A stretch of 64,000 bases of DNA, taken from assembly GCA_002104905.1 (NCBI GenBank), contig MCFE01000032.1:154244-218243 (forward strand). The letters are read 5' to 3'. The first letter of the stretch is position 1. Each line of letters opens with the position of its first letter. The notes under the pieces were generated by a model that saw only the letters and a program-made list of their open reading frames with translations, was not told the origin of the DNA and did not search any database. Of the stretch, positions 1 through 12,168 are shown in pieces. The stretch comes from Basidiobolus meristosporus CBS 931.73 (taxonomy: Eukaryota > Fungi > Basidiobolomycota). The translations under genes and the position numbers were made by a program.

Positions 1-277
1 CATACCACAACCCTCAGTTCTTCTGTTGAAATCACAGTAATAAACATCTGAAGATTTCAACTGCTCCACACATTTTCTAAGAAGGACTGATATGAAACAG
101 GTAAATATGGCACCATTCCGCCCAATCCGTTCCAGACGAGATGAGATCGCACATAGAACCCGCGATGCTCCGATGGCCTAGAACCATATACGATTTCGAG
201 CCTATATAAAATGCAATCACGCATCAGCGTAGCCATCACCCAACCTATCATTAACATTTCATAACCCAAGCAATCTA

Positions 278-640
278 ATGCCCGTTCTAATCAGCGCTAT
301 AGTGCTCTCATCTATATGCACCTTTCTTCCTATCTCGCTCTATCTACTCAAAAGTCACATGATAGATAAAGGCGACACCCGGAGATTTCATGATCCATCT
401 GCCATTCACCTAAAACGCAAACTGGCCTCACAACAAGCTATGATCAATTTGCCAGTGATCTCGTCGGCTCAAATGGAGAGCCATGTTTGCTGCATATGCT
501 GTGACCATTTCGACTCCCATGTAATAAGGAGAATGCCCTGTGGACATTGCTTTCATCAGGATTGTATCTTCTCCTGGCTGCTAGTGTCTAATACTTGCCC
601 ACTTTGCAGATACGAAATGGAGACCATCCGACTTATTTGA
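278..640 (+). CDS. Small RING-H2 zinc-finger protein (putative E3 ubiquitin ligase) with hydrophobic N-terminus
   Basis: Intronless 120-aa ORF. RING-H2 pattern CCICC...PCGHCFHQDC...W...CPLCR; N-terminal hydrophobic stretch LISAIVLSSICTFLPISLYLL. Confidence 0.85.
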   Translation: MPVLISAIVLSSICTFLPISLYLLKSHMIDKGDTRRFHDPSAIHLKRKLASQQAMINLPVISSAQMESHVCCICCDHFDSHVIRRMPCGHCFHQDCIFSWLLVSNTCPLCRYEMETIRLI

Positions 641-1086
641 ACCATCAATCTAGGCTCCTCAGTATATATGATATGCCATTACACATGTACAAAGTTAATA
701 AATCCTGTATCACTACCCTTTCACTTCACAGCAATGAGGATTGAAAATTTTCCCCCTTTGAACGAGGGTTACAGTTGTCGCTTAAGCAGCAAGGACTCCA
801 CCATATGCATAGATTGGGATGCTTATTTGAAGGGCTTTTGTCGTCTTTAATGAGAAGGGTTACTGTATTTACCAGGCTTAGAAGGATTATGCTATGTACG
901 AGGATTAGGAGGCTTTAAAGTGATATTAAGTGTATTTAACTATATATTTGGCATCAAAGATTGAAGGGTAGGAAATAATCAACATGTCAAAGCATTTACA
1001 AAGTGAAGATATGTACATGTCAGCAATATACAGGGAGCCGGTCTCAACATCAGCACGATCGAATTCACAAAGAGGAAAAGACTCCT

Positions 1087-1473
1087 CTATTCATGCTCTT
1101 TCTCGAGCTCACCCCGACAAAGAGGGCACGCATTGGTGATGTCGAGCCAGGAAAATATACACTTCTGATGGTACATATGCCCGCATGGTAACTGGCGTAT
1201 CACATAGTGATGGTGATCGCTCAGCTGCTCTAGACATATGGCACATGTATCGTCCACAGCACACTGCACGACTGGGAGGTTATGTTTGGCAGCTGTAGCC
1301 GGCGGATTAATCTTGGTTGGAGAGCAGAGCCAAGGCGGGATTTCCAGTTCCATATTGTCAAAGTTTATATCGAATAGGAGGTCGCTGGTTAACTCCAGGA
1401 GATTTGTGAATACAGAGAGCATTCGGCTTACACTTGAGGAAATAAGGTTAGAGTTTTGAGGTAGGAAATTCAT
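1087..1473 (-). CDS. Small RING-H2 zinc-finger protein (putative E3 ubiquitin ligase), paralog of 278-640
   Basis: 128-aa ORF with CAIC...PCGHMYHQKCIFSW...CPLCR; shares NLPV and VIR..PCGH..HQ.CIFSWL...N.CPLCR.E.E with the neighbouring gene. Confidence 0.85.
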   Translation of the reverse strand: MNFLPQNSNLISSSVSRMLSVFTNLLELTSDLLFDINFDNMELEIPPWLCSPTKINPPATAAKHNLPVVQCAVDDTCAICLEQLSDHHHYVIRQLPCGHMYHQKCIFSWLDITNACPLCRGELEKEHE

Positions 1474-2290
1474 TTGAGTACAGCAATGGGAGTCAATCTC
1501 TCTGGTTTTTATAAGCTAAACAGTCAAGAAGATCTCATGGTCACTATAGACGCATGATGACCCTTATGGATATTGTTTCAATCAAGATTTATTCCAGGTC
1601 CACCCCTTCAGGCCATTTAGCAACTAAATTGTAGCCCAAACAAAAATAAGCCCACTTGCGCCACCTTTTTCGAAAGTATCTTAGCAACTCCGGGCCTCTA
1701 AATGGAAATCTGTCTTAAACCCAACCTTTCTATATTTGTTATAGCAAGGGTTTGGCCGTCCCATCACGTGCTTCCGATGGAACGAAAATCACGGAATTTT
1801 CCACGGTCATCACGCACGGAACTAGAATGCGATAGTTTAGGACTAATAACTGATCTCGAACACGAATTTAACCTTGGTGACTCCAAACCATTTACGGGAA
1901 TAATTTCGGACATTAATAGAGATCTTCGCTCTCTTAGCCATTGTGCACCCTTGTCTATAACTCCATGGAGTCTGGCAAGAGCCCGCTATGCTAATAAAGG
2001 GAAAAATCTAGGTTGACTTCATCCAAGGAGCCTTTTAGACCCTTGGCTAGTATTAACTTCCCTTATCCGGCCACATTCAACTCTACATGTGATTTCAATA
2101 ATGCGAATTCCATCACAGAAATCGTCATGACTATTCCAATTTAATGCGAATCACATTTCCGATGTTGTCTAGCTCTTGGGCGGTTAGCTTTAAACTGCTG
2201 ATCGGTCAGCGGAGTTGTGATGAGCATTCAATGGGCCTTAATTAAGCCAGATTATTTGCATGTATGTATGTACAAGTGCTTACATGTGTG

Positions 2291-2390
2291 AAAATTATGT
2301 TCTGATACACCGATTTCTCTGTAAAAATTATGTTCTGATACACCGATTTCTCTGTATGAAAATTATGTTCTGATACACCAATTTCTCTGA
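2291..2390 (+). repeat. Three tandem copies of a 32-bp unit
   Basis: AAAATTATGTTCTGATACACCGATTTCTCTGT at 2291, 2324 and 2359 (third copy with 2 mismatches). Confidence 0.9.
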
Positions 2391-2564
2391 TTGTATGTTT
2401 GTACCATGACAATATGAAATAGTTAATTACATATCGATCACTGGTCACAATGAAATTCGAGGGCCTACGAATGTGTCCCCTCTTTGTTAATTGTCCGAGT
2501 ACACTAGAGCCAATTTGATGAACATCCATTTTGTCCGGCAGTACTAGCTCCGAAGCAATCCAAC

Positions 2565-5500
2565 ATGAGCTCTCTGAGAGATATTTTGAAAAAGCGTAAG
2601 CCTCGTCCATAAGTGAGGAACAGTTCAGCAAGATCTGTTTAATGACCTAGCTTTTAGGCTTCATCAACGTGATTCGCTCGGTAAAACCTTTAGGAAAATG
2701 GAAGGTTTTGGTTCTTGATGCGCATTCCGCACATCTCCTATCCAATGCCTGTAAAATGTATGACATTCTCGAAGAGAATGTAACATGTAAGCCTCATTTA
2801 TGCGACTCAAGCTTATTTGTATTTGCTGACTATCAACGTTGCAGTAATTGAAAATATCACCAATTCACGACAACCCTTCCCCGACATGGAGGCTATCTAT
2901 ATTTTGTCTCCCACAACATCCTCAGTTTCGCAACTGATCAACGATTTTTCAAAACCAAGCCCTACCTATGCTGCAGCACATGTGTTCTTCATCAGTGGTA
3001 ACTATTGTTTAGTTTGCACCATTTACCCTTCGATGGATTTTATTCAAATACAATCAACAGGCCTTGAAGATAGAAATTTCGATAGTATTTCCCAATCTAA
3101 AGCCATGAAACACATAAAAACTCTTAAAGAGCTTTACTTGGATTTCACTGGTAAGTGTTTGATCACTTGCTCATGCGGTTGCTGTAGATTAATATACATT
3201 TTGCATCAACAGCTTTCGAGTCTAGAGTATATACTCTTGAATCTCCCTCCAGCTTTTTCACACTTTATTCTCCGACTTCAACTCGGCAAGCCTCGATCGA
3301 GCTGCAGAATATAGCCAAGCGTGTACGTATCTTGGAATCATCTGCAAGACTCCATCATGATAATAACGCTCCCTCCTACTAGTTGGTTTCTGTTTGCGCA
3401 TCTTTAGATGTCAAACCTATTATTCGTTATTTTTCACCTGAAGTAGAAACAAATCAGAGCATCATCTCGTGCAAACTTGGGATGCTACTTCAAGCAGAGA
3501 TGGACTTCTATTGTAAGAATCAACAGGATTTCCCCGTATGTATAATCGATTTTCAATGGAATTGGGAACATCTACTCATTCGAACCAGTCAAACAAAAGC
3601 GATGCACAAAGCTTGTTTCTTGTTTTGGATCGTACTATCGATATGAAAGCGCCATTGCTTCATGAGTTTACCTACCAAGCAATGGCCAACGACCTTCTAG
3701 AGATCAAAAATGGGTCGAAATATCAGTTGGTTTATTCGTTTACCTCCAAGCATCCCTCCAGATGATATTGACTTTGATGCACTACCAGGTACAAATACAC
3801 TACAGGATCTGATGCTATTGCTGACAGAGATGTCGTATTGAACGAAGAGGATGATCTCTGGACTGAGATTCGCCACAAGCACATTGCCACGTGCATCGAA
3901 CACCTTATCACCAACTTCAAATCACTTGTTGGTGAGAATAAGGCACTGGGAGGCTTGAACTCTAACAAGTACTTGGCATTCAATTACCATTTCCAAACGA
4001 GCCATCAACTCTAATTATTACCCATCAAGCCAAGCAGCCAACCTTCGAAAACTCAAGGACATGATGAGCTCACTTCCTCAATTTCAAGAACTGAAGGAAA
4101 AGGTCAGTGAACACTCCGAATTTATTGAACGAATCCCGTCTAATCGGACTCTTAGTACTCTGTCCATCTGAGCATTGCCCAGGAGTGTATGGCGATTTTC
4201 GATAGATATAAGTTGGGTGATATCGCCGGTGTGGAGCAGGTGATTTCAATCGAGTCGAAACGTTGTATCACACACGATAGCTAACCAAGTCGCTCAGGAT
4301 ATGGCTACTGGGACAAACGCACAAGGGGAAGCAGTCAGAAATATTATGGTTGACATGGTGCCTATATTATCCTCGGCTGAAATCATGTACGCACACATTC
4401 CCTCATAGCATGTGACATTTCAACCTAATTGCCCTTGTATACTTCTACAGCCCCAACGACAAACTTCGCCTGATTCTTTTATATATGATCACCTATGGAA
4501 ATGTAAAATCCGAGGATTTACGTCGCCTTAGAATGCACGCCAAACTAAGCGACAGAGATGCTGAAGCAATGGAAAACCTAGCATATTTCGAAGGGTCATT
4601 AAGAAATGTATATGCCTCCACGGAATTTCTCCCTTCTCTACATTACTAAATACTAGATCCAGGTGACATGCCCACAAGAAAAATCCACCCGTCGATTCAA
4701 TTTCTTCTCGAGAAAAACCGAAGAACCGGAAGATGTTCCGTATGAACTTTCAAGATTCGTCCCCAATATCAAGAAGATTGTTGAGGTATTCCTACCTGCC
4801 GCATATGCCATTATCTACTCTCAAGCTAATTCCGATTTTTATTCACAGCGTGCGATTCAGAACAACCTCGACTCCACATTGTATCCGTTTGTATCTGAGC
4901 CTGAGGGCGTGAAGCCTCAGGCCGAGCCCAAATTCACCGCAACATCGCTGCGAAGGTATTGTTTAAATTTCGCCATATGAGTCCGTTAGATACACAGATG
5001 CCAACCATGTCGTAATGATAGCGCGAAAGGGAATTGGCAGCGTAGCAATCAACAGAATCTCGTCAGTATCTCGAAGTTTTTCGAATAGTGTCCGGCAGTA
5101 GCTAATTTTCCCAATATGTACAGGCCACATCTCCCACGGGAAAAATCATTCTCTTTGTTGCTGGTGGCTTGACTTACTCCGAGATCCGGTCCATATATGA
5201 ACTTGCCAATGCTACCAAGCGAGAGATATACATCGGTAAACATAAGAGCTCTAATATTCAAGAGCTGCATGTCGTTAACTGAACTTAACATCCCAACCAC
5301 AGGCACAACGCATATTATCAACCCTATACAGTTCGTTCAAGATCTCAGTAACCTTCGCTCACCAAACATCCATAACCCAGTACCGGACTTTGGTGACTTG
5401 AAAATCAATACTCAGGCTGCCCCACCTATGCGCCAACAACAGCTGCAACAACCCCTCACACACCCGACCAGCAACAATGACAACAAGCTAGACACCTCAA

Positions 5501-5586
5501 AATTGACCCCTCCAAACTCGCAACACAGTAAATCCTCCTTCAGCAAAAAAGCCGGGAAGAAGTTGCTCTCGAAATTTGGGTTCTGA
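2565..5586 (+). CDS. SEC1: Sec1/Munc18-family SNARE regulator, multi-exon
   Basis: Exon 1 MSSLRDILKK(R) from ATG 2565, GT 2596 / AG 2657. Later exons give WKVLVLD, KMYDILEENVT, IENI..SRQPFPDMEAIYILSP, RTIDMKAPLLHEFTYQAMANDLL, YELSRFVP and GGLTYSEIRSIYEL; Q/K-rich tail to TGA 5586. Internal exon boundaries were not all resolved. Confidence 0.93.
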
Positions 5587-6113
5587 TCAGAGTTCTCTAC
5601 ACCCAACCGCATAGCATAGCATATCATGACTTAGATGCACTCTTTTCTGAACAAGATGAATCCATTTAATATTTCAATATCTGTTTTACTAAGCTTTTCT
5701 CCTTGATTTTTCTTTACAAAACACTGCAACTCGATCGTTCAAAATAAAGGGATGCTTAATTATCTTATGTAATCAAGATACTCATGCGGAGGTTTCAGGG
5801 ATAACGAGCGATCGGAATCCGGATAAATCTACGATGATGCAAAGATTGATTAATGATATATACATATGCGTAAGGATGGGGATGTGCACCGAATTTATGT
5901 ACGTATATTGTACGTATATATATATATGCATTTGTATGTTGATAAGCGATTCGAGAAAAATTGGAAATTTCTCGGATTCTACGCGATTAGTTGAACGGAA
6001 TCAACCTTTTGGGGTGGACATCCGAAGAGGGAAATGTTTATTTACAAAGTACAATGTATAGTACCGACTACTATTAGTATAATTAGATTAATATGATGTT
6101 TAGGTTTCTAGCG

Positions 6114-7127
6114 TTAATTCTGTGTATCATTTCCTTCGATATGGGCTCGCAGGCATGCGTTGTATTTGTCAGAATCCTGAATCACCAACATATGCCCACA
6201 TCCTTCGAAGGTGATGAGTGGGCAGCCCAGTTGCTTTGCATGGGCCTTTCCGAAGGCATAGGGGATGGCGGAATCTTTCGTGCCATGGATGATCAGAAAC
6301 CGCACTCCATTTTCCCCAATTTTCCGAAGTTTCTTCGGATTGCCGTGATGAGTAATCCCGCTCATTTTCTGCGGAAGTGCGGCCAACGCGGACTGATTAG
6401 GTACCACCGAATTGATCCCATCCATTAGCTCGGTCAGCACCTGAAGATTTGTTTTGCCCTCAACTTGTTGGGACTCCATTTTCAACCACTTGCGTGGGTA
6501 ATTGATTTTCACCAAGGGCTTGGTGATCTCTTGCAGAGATTTGCTCAAAGTTTTCATGGAAAAAAATATTCCCTTGGGGGTTGGGATGGCCGCAAAAAAC
6601 GAGTGCCATGTGCTGGTAAACGTGACGGTTGCGAAGACTTCGGGGGCTAGGCTCACCATCCTCTGGGCAATCATTCCACCAAGAGAGATGCCGACCAGGT
6701 GAACATTGCTTTCCCACTTGAGGGATTTGAGCAACTCCAACGCATCTTTGGCGAACGTTTTGGTGGAGAAGAAACCGGGATGGGCCAAGCTTTCGCCGCT
6801 TCCTCTCAAATCGAACGTGCACACCTGATAATCTTCCAGAGCACCAAAATATTTGGTCTGTGGGAACCAAGTTTCGCACACACTGTTGATACCTAATAAA
6901 AGCGACTTGTTGAGAAAGTGCGTGTCGATGATGGGCGGTCAAAATGGATATTTACCAGTGACAAACAGTACCCTGTACTTGGTGCCTGTGCCGAAGAGCT
7001 GGTAGCGCATCTGGATGGGCTTATGTGACCGGTTGCTACCAATAGAGCATTTGGCGGTGAGAGTGGGGATGGGAAGGAAGTTGGCCGACGGCTTTTTGGT
7101 AGGTTGTCGTAGTATTTTAGAAGGCAT
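6114..7127 (-). CDS. Alpha/beta-fold hydrolase, 2 exons (7127-6956, 6892-6114)
   Basis: Splicing joins VLFVTG|INSVCETW via GT 6955 / AG 6893. Motifs FDLRGSGES, nucleophile GISLGG, HGTKD and GCGHML. Confidence 0.88.
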
Positions 7128-7485
7128 GTTGTATGTGTGAATGGTGGTTGAGCGATCCCTGGGTATATATGGATTTTTTTAAATGGCCGTCACCAGCCCC
7201 CTCCACTTTTGAAAATTTCCATATCTATCTTATTCTGACGACTTCCGGATATGAATAGTCCGGCGGGATGAATGAATCCTACCACCTCCGTAATAAGATG
7301 ATCATTCTCCGAGCCATATGGGTTTGGATTTTCCGTAGTCAACAAAGTAGTAACCATGAATCAACTTACAAATCAATAAATTGGTGTCACCATGAGAGAG
7401 GGCATTGAATGGATCTTAATTGTTTACTCCGCCCAACAACGCTCATGCTTATGCTTATGCTTTATGACCAAACAAGTTTTTCTCC

Positions 7486-7567
7486 TTGCCTAGAGGACGG
7501 CTGCTCTTGGCAAGAGTAAGTTGCCATTGCCTAGAGGATGGCTGTTCTTGGCAAGAGTAAGTTGTCA
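7486..7567 (+). repeat. Tandem duplication of a 41-bp unit
   Basis: TTGCCTAGAGGAYGGCTGYTCTTGGCAAGAGTAAGTTGYCA at 7486 and 7527. Confidence 0.85.
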
Positions 7568-8084
7568 GAAAGCTGCATGACATTGACTGGCCTTTGGAAG
7601 CAATCCGGTTTTCCAGTCACTTGGCATAAACCATGGTCAGAACAATTAACTTGACATGAACACAAGAGCAAGTCTAGATGTTATGTAAATATTGACTGAG
7701 AAAGATGGCCAAATTGGTTCAACATGTGTTATGCGGCAGATCTTATTAATGCTGGTTACTGAACAACCCGCGTTAGCCTTAGCGAATTCTGTTTAGACTA
7801 TCTGGGGAATAGAAGTTCTTCAATGATTACCCGACTTGTACAATTACCCATATTTTGTCTCCTGAATGCACGCATTGGCGTTGAATCGAAAATCTCAACT
7901 CCATATGGGAACATCCACGATTTGTGCATGATAACGGGGGCTTACGTAACTGCGGAATGGTAACGGTTCATGGGAAAAAGTTGTTGTGGAAAACTTTTTA
8001 TAAAAAATTTAATCGACGAATAAGTTAAACATCATGAGATTTACATTGAGAGTTATATGCTGCATATAATGATGGGTTGCTGAA

Positions 8085-8549
8085 TTATTGCTTGGTAAGT
8101 CCAATAACACCGCAAGCTTGGCGGCCACCAGCGTTACCAGTGGTGCTGGAGAGTTCATGACCACCGAGGCCAAGGTCATCCTCACCTTCGTGAACGACGA
8201 CGGTACGACCAATGATGGAGTGGGGTCCGGTGAGTTGAATCAAGGAGTCAGTGACGGAGAGGGTAGCTTGACCGTCCTCAGAGGCAACAACGTTGCCAAG
8301 ATCACCAGCGTGACGGACTTCGGCGTCAGGAGCACCGTGGGTCTTGCCGAAGGGGTTGAAATGGGCACCGGCAGAGGTACATCCGTTGGTGTTGTCACCA
8401 AATTCGTGAATATGGAATCCGTGCTTACCAGGAGCCAAACCGGTAAGGGTAGCCTCGACCTTTACAGGGGAGTTTTCGCTTTCTTGGGTGAAGTAAACGG
8501 TACCTTGGACGGAGGAGTCACCACGGAGAACTGCAACAGCTTTGACCAT
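8085..8549 (-). CDS. SOD1: Cu/Zn superoxide dismutase
   Basis: 154-aa intronless ORF with [32 protein letters not shown] and [13 protein letters not shown]. Confidence 0.98.
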   Translation of the reverse strand: MVKAVAVLRGDSSVQGTVYFTQESENSPVKVEATLTGLAPGKHGFHIHEFGDNTNGCTSAGAHFNPFGKTHGAPDAEVRHAGDLGNVVASEDGQATLSVTDSLIQLTGPHSIIGRTVVVHEGEDDLGLGGHELSSTTGNAGGRQACGVIGLTKQ

Positions 8550-8903
8550 ATTGAATTTGAGATTGGATAGTAAGCAACGAAGCTAGGCCCTCTGGGTGTT
8601 TTTAAATAGTTTTTCGAGCAGGGGAGCGGAGGTGCTGAGCTCTTTTCGCCATTTGGATTGCATCTCGTAACGTAGTTGATCCATCTCCATATTAGGTGGC
8701 ATCAGCAATGCTCCACCGACGGCATCTCAGAGATTCATGCCAAAATAATCGAATTTCCTTACCCCTGTAGGTGTTGATTAATAATAGCTAGTTACGATGG
8801 CCCAATCATCAAGGGATGATATCATCCTTGAGAGCATTGCGTTACCTTGCCTTGCTCTCGTCACCATGATGGGGGTGAGGGATATTTGCCTTTCGGGAGT
8901 AGT

Positions 8904-8928
8904 GGGCGATGGGCGGGCGATGGGCGGG
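8904..8928 (+). promoter_or_regulatory. Five-G-tract putative G-quadruplex motif upstream of SOD1
   Basis: GGGcgatGGGcGGGcgatGGGcGGG, 355-379 bp upstream of the SOD1 ATG. Folding and function not shown. Confidence 0.45.
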
Positions 8929-9030
8929 CACACTTCGCATGTTTACCACCGAAGGCCGAATCTCTTGAATGCCATCCAACTGTCAAATATAGTTAGGATA
9001 AATGAGAATACGTCATTCCAAAATTGGTCA

Positions 9031-9240
9031 TATCTATGGTGCTGGTTGTGTTGGATTACTTAAACTGTATATCTATGGTGCTATTTGTACAGCATCGCTT
9101 ATACTGTTTCTATGATGCTGGTTGTATTACATTACTAATGCTGTTTCTATGGCGTTGGCTGTATTGCATTACTAATGCTGTTTCTATGGTGCTGGTTGTA
9201 TTGCATTGCTTATACTGTTACTATGGTGCTAGTCGTATGT
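9031..9240 (+). repeat. 37-bp minisatellite, about 5.5-6 imperfect copies
   Basis: CTATGGTGCT-like cores at 9034, 9073, 9110, 9147, 9184 and 9221; consensus CTATGGTGCTGGTTGTATTGCATTACTAATGCTGTTT. Confidence 0.88.
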
Positions 9241-9375
9241 CCATGATGCGGCCATTAAAGTGTCTCTCTCATTTAATAAATATATGTATGTATATTCTAG
9301 GAGTGAGAATGGTTTGTACTAATAGATGGTGCTATACATTTAACGAGGAGTTTAAAGATGAATGAGTGCGTTTGG

Positions 9376-11180
9376 TCAGTCGTCTTCATCGCTGACCATT
9401 TGATTACGACGGACGGTGGATCTTCTGGTGATCCCGTCGTCTTCATCATCATCGTCATCGTTTTCGCTGACTTCAAGTACGTCGTCCAGATCGTCTTCTT
9501 CCTCATCTCTACTTGATCGTTTGTACTTGTCTGCCTTCTTCTTTGCCCGCATGATTCGGGCTTCGCGCTCCCTTTCTTCTTCGGAGTCTTCTTCATCCAC
9601 TTCGTCGTCATCCACCACAAATCCATCTCCATCTTGGTAGTCGCTGCGACGACCACCACCAGAGTACGAGCGCTCTTCATCCGATTCCGCCTCCAGGTCA
9701 GCTTCAGTAAGGCCTTGGGAGTAACGCGAGGCTTTGTTTCTACGCTGTGACTCGAGTCTTCGCTGGGCACGAAGTCGCTCAGCTTCTTGGGCCTCCAGCT
9801 CCTGCTTGTGCTTCTCGGGGTCGGTGGTGGTGATGAACATCTTGGCTTTTTGTACCTTCCTGTGCTTCCCGGCGATAGCCATGACCATCTTCCTCTGTGT
9901 AGCCCCTGCAACGCTCGCTGGTCGGAACGCCATGGTATCGGTGTAGCGAATCTGAGTCTCGAGTAATCCCTCAACAGGGTGATGGACGATCACATATTGG
10001 TTGTCGTGATCCATTGATTTGGTGTTGATATCAAAGAGCTCCTCTCCGAGCAACAGTGAAAGTGTACCGTCCGACCATTTGACAAACTTGGCATTTGATT
10101 CTTTCTTGAAATCGAAAGCAAATCAGTTGGCGACCGGAAAGCAGTCAATATGGTTTCAAAACCACTTACTATTATTTCGTCGTTGGCGCCCTTGGCATAT
10201 CTCCAGCGGATGGTATTCTCTACTTGAAGTTTGATTTTTTGAGCCCGCTCTTCTTCAGTTCCTTCCTGCTGATCTTCTTCGTAGGTGTCTGGATCAAATG
10301 CCTTGAGCTCCATATTCATAAACTTGGGAAGTCTTGCAAGATAATGCTACGAATTGGCGTAAATAACTGCTTAGTGGGTAGTGGCAAGTAGCGCTTACCT
10401 TGGATTCTTCGCTAACAGGGTGGGGGATATGCTGTAATTGGCATTCGAATGTGATTCGTTCTACAGCTTCTTCCGCTTCGCGATATTTCTTGGCGCCTCT
10501 TGGAGACTGGCTTCCGTAATCACCGCTATTTTGTAGTTCCTTTAGTTGAATGCATGCTAGGCGAGAATCGAAATAAATGCGTACTTGTCATCCTCAGGCT
10601 CACTTCCAAACATCTCCTCGAGTTTCGACTTGCCTTTTTCTTTGTTGGAGGGTTCTTCATCTTCAGGTTCGCTTCCAAACATGCCGTCCAGATCGACTTG
10701 ACTCTTTTTGGGCCCCCTTTCTTCTTCTGATTCGGGATCGCTTCCAAAGATGTCGTCCATTTTGGAAGTCTGTTTCCGTGGTTCCTCGCTCTCCTCTCCG
10801 GAGCTTCCGAAAAGATCCTCAGCGAGGGATTTCTTACGGGCAGCCTCGTTATCCGAATCCTCTCGGGAGAGGCTGCGACGCCGCGAGGAAGACTTGTGAG
10901 ACTTTTGGTACCTCTCTTCATCACTTGAAGAGTGTCTGCTCTTTCGTACTTTACGAGAATCTCGATCGGAATCGGAGCCGCTGGAGATGGCATGTTTCTT
11001 GCTTGAGCGACTCCTTGAGGTCTCTTCCTCAGAATCAGAGTGTCGACGACTGTAGTCTTGGTTGTGCCTTCCTCGGGATTTATCAGAGGAACGCGAATAT
11101 TCATGGTCGGAATGAACTGGACTACGGTCTTCCTCCTCCTCGGAGCCAAACAGATCGTTCATTTTGTCGGGGGAGCTCAT
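9376..11180 (-). CDS. LEO1: Paf1 complex subunit Leo1, multi-exon
   Basis: D/E/S-rich N-terminus with repeated DLFGS motifs. Leo1 core: AFDPDTY, KLQVENTIRWR, ESNAKFVKWSDGTLSLLLGEELFDI; acidic C-terminus. Confidence 0.93.
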
Positions 11181-11547
11181 TCGCGCACGGGTTTCTATTT
11201 GGTCGCTAACTTAGGAGAAAAGATGGTGGAACTTCACTGAACTAATTGACAGTTGAATCGGAATCCAGGGCAACTTGTATGGGCTCTACTGTGGTTTCCT
11301 AAGGCGATGTGGATAGGATGGACGCGACTGATTCATCCCATTTTTCTTTTGATCAATTGAAATTCTGGAGCGGATTTCGGGCCCTTCATTGGATAGCATT
11401 GGTGCGTGGACCTGGGTTTTCTTATGATGTTACTGGTATGTGTGTTCCAAGTGTTTCGTGTTCCCGAGTCAGGTAATTGGAAATTTCTCCATTGTGCCGT
11501 ATATTCCCAACCCCAGTAGACCAGCTATTATTCCCCCTCTTGTTGAC

Positions 11548-12168
11548 ATGGCATCTTCTGAGACGGCACGCGACAAGGATGAACAAGAACAAAGCAGAAA
11601 AGGCTTAGAATCGAAGCTTAAGGAGCTGGTAGAATCCTTGTTGGAGATAGGAATCACTGCGTACGACTTTCAAGCAGAGAGCGGGGATTTGATTTATCAG
11701 AGAATGTAAGGCTTTGAACTTGACCCAAAGTGGCCCCAATTTCTGACCGTGTCTGTTTACCTTAGTGGCGATCTAGTGAATTCTTACTCGCAGTTGAACG
11801 AGCTCAAGGACTCCATTGATATTCATGTCCCGTTCGATGTTCTAAGGTAACCGGTACTTCGACCAAGCCTCCGCATGGAGCTCTCTAACTCGTACCTCAC
11901 AGCTTTATAGAGGATGGCAAGAACCCTGATCTGTTCACTCGCGACTACGTCGAGCGGTTGGCCGCCGAAAGTCACTTTACAAATGGGAAAATCGAAGCTA
12001 TGAAGGTAATTATTGTGGTTGTGCACAGGCCACTTGACATACCCAGAGGACTCAACCAACAACATTTAATGAACCCAGGATTTCCGAGGTATCCTGGAAG
12101 ATGAACTGAAGCAGGCTTTCCCGGAACAGATGGAGGCTTACACCCAGCAACGTTCCCGAACTCCATAG
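11548..12168 (+). CDS. MED10: Mediator subunit Med10 (Nut2), multi-exon
   Basis: Exons give LESKLKELVESLLEIGITAYDFQ, IHVPFDVL, FIEDGKNPDLFTRDYVERLAAESHFTNGKIEAMK and DFRGILEDELKQAFPE; stop TAG 12168. Confidence 0.92.

Noticed and set aside
8085-8549. SOD1 as a retrogene because it lacks introns while SEC1, LEO1 and MED10 have them
   Set aside because: No poly(A) remnant or TSD is visible, and short intronless genes are common.
8088-8570. 160-aa ORF antisense to SOD1, plus the overlapping ORFs across LEO1 (9297-11209) and the hydrolase
   Set aside because: Shadow frames of biased or low-complexity coding sequence, with no recognisable motifs.
9031-9240. CRISPR-like array (37-bp periodicity)
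   Set aside because: The units are contiguous with no unique spacers, the context is eukaryotic and no cas genes are present.
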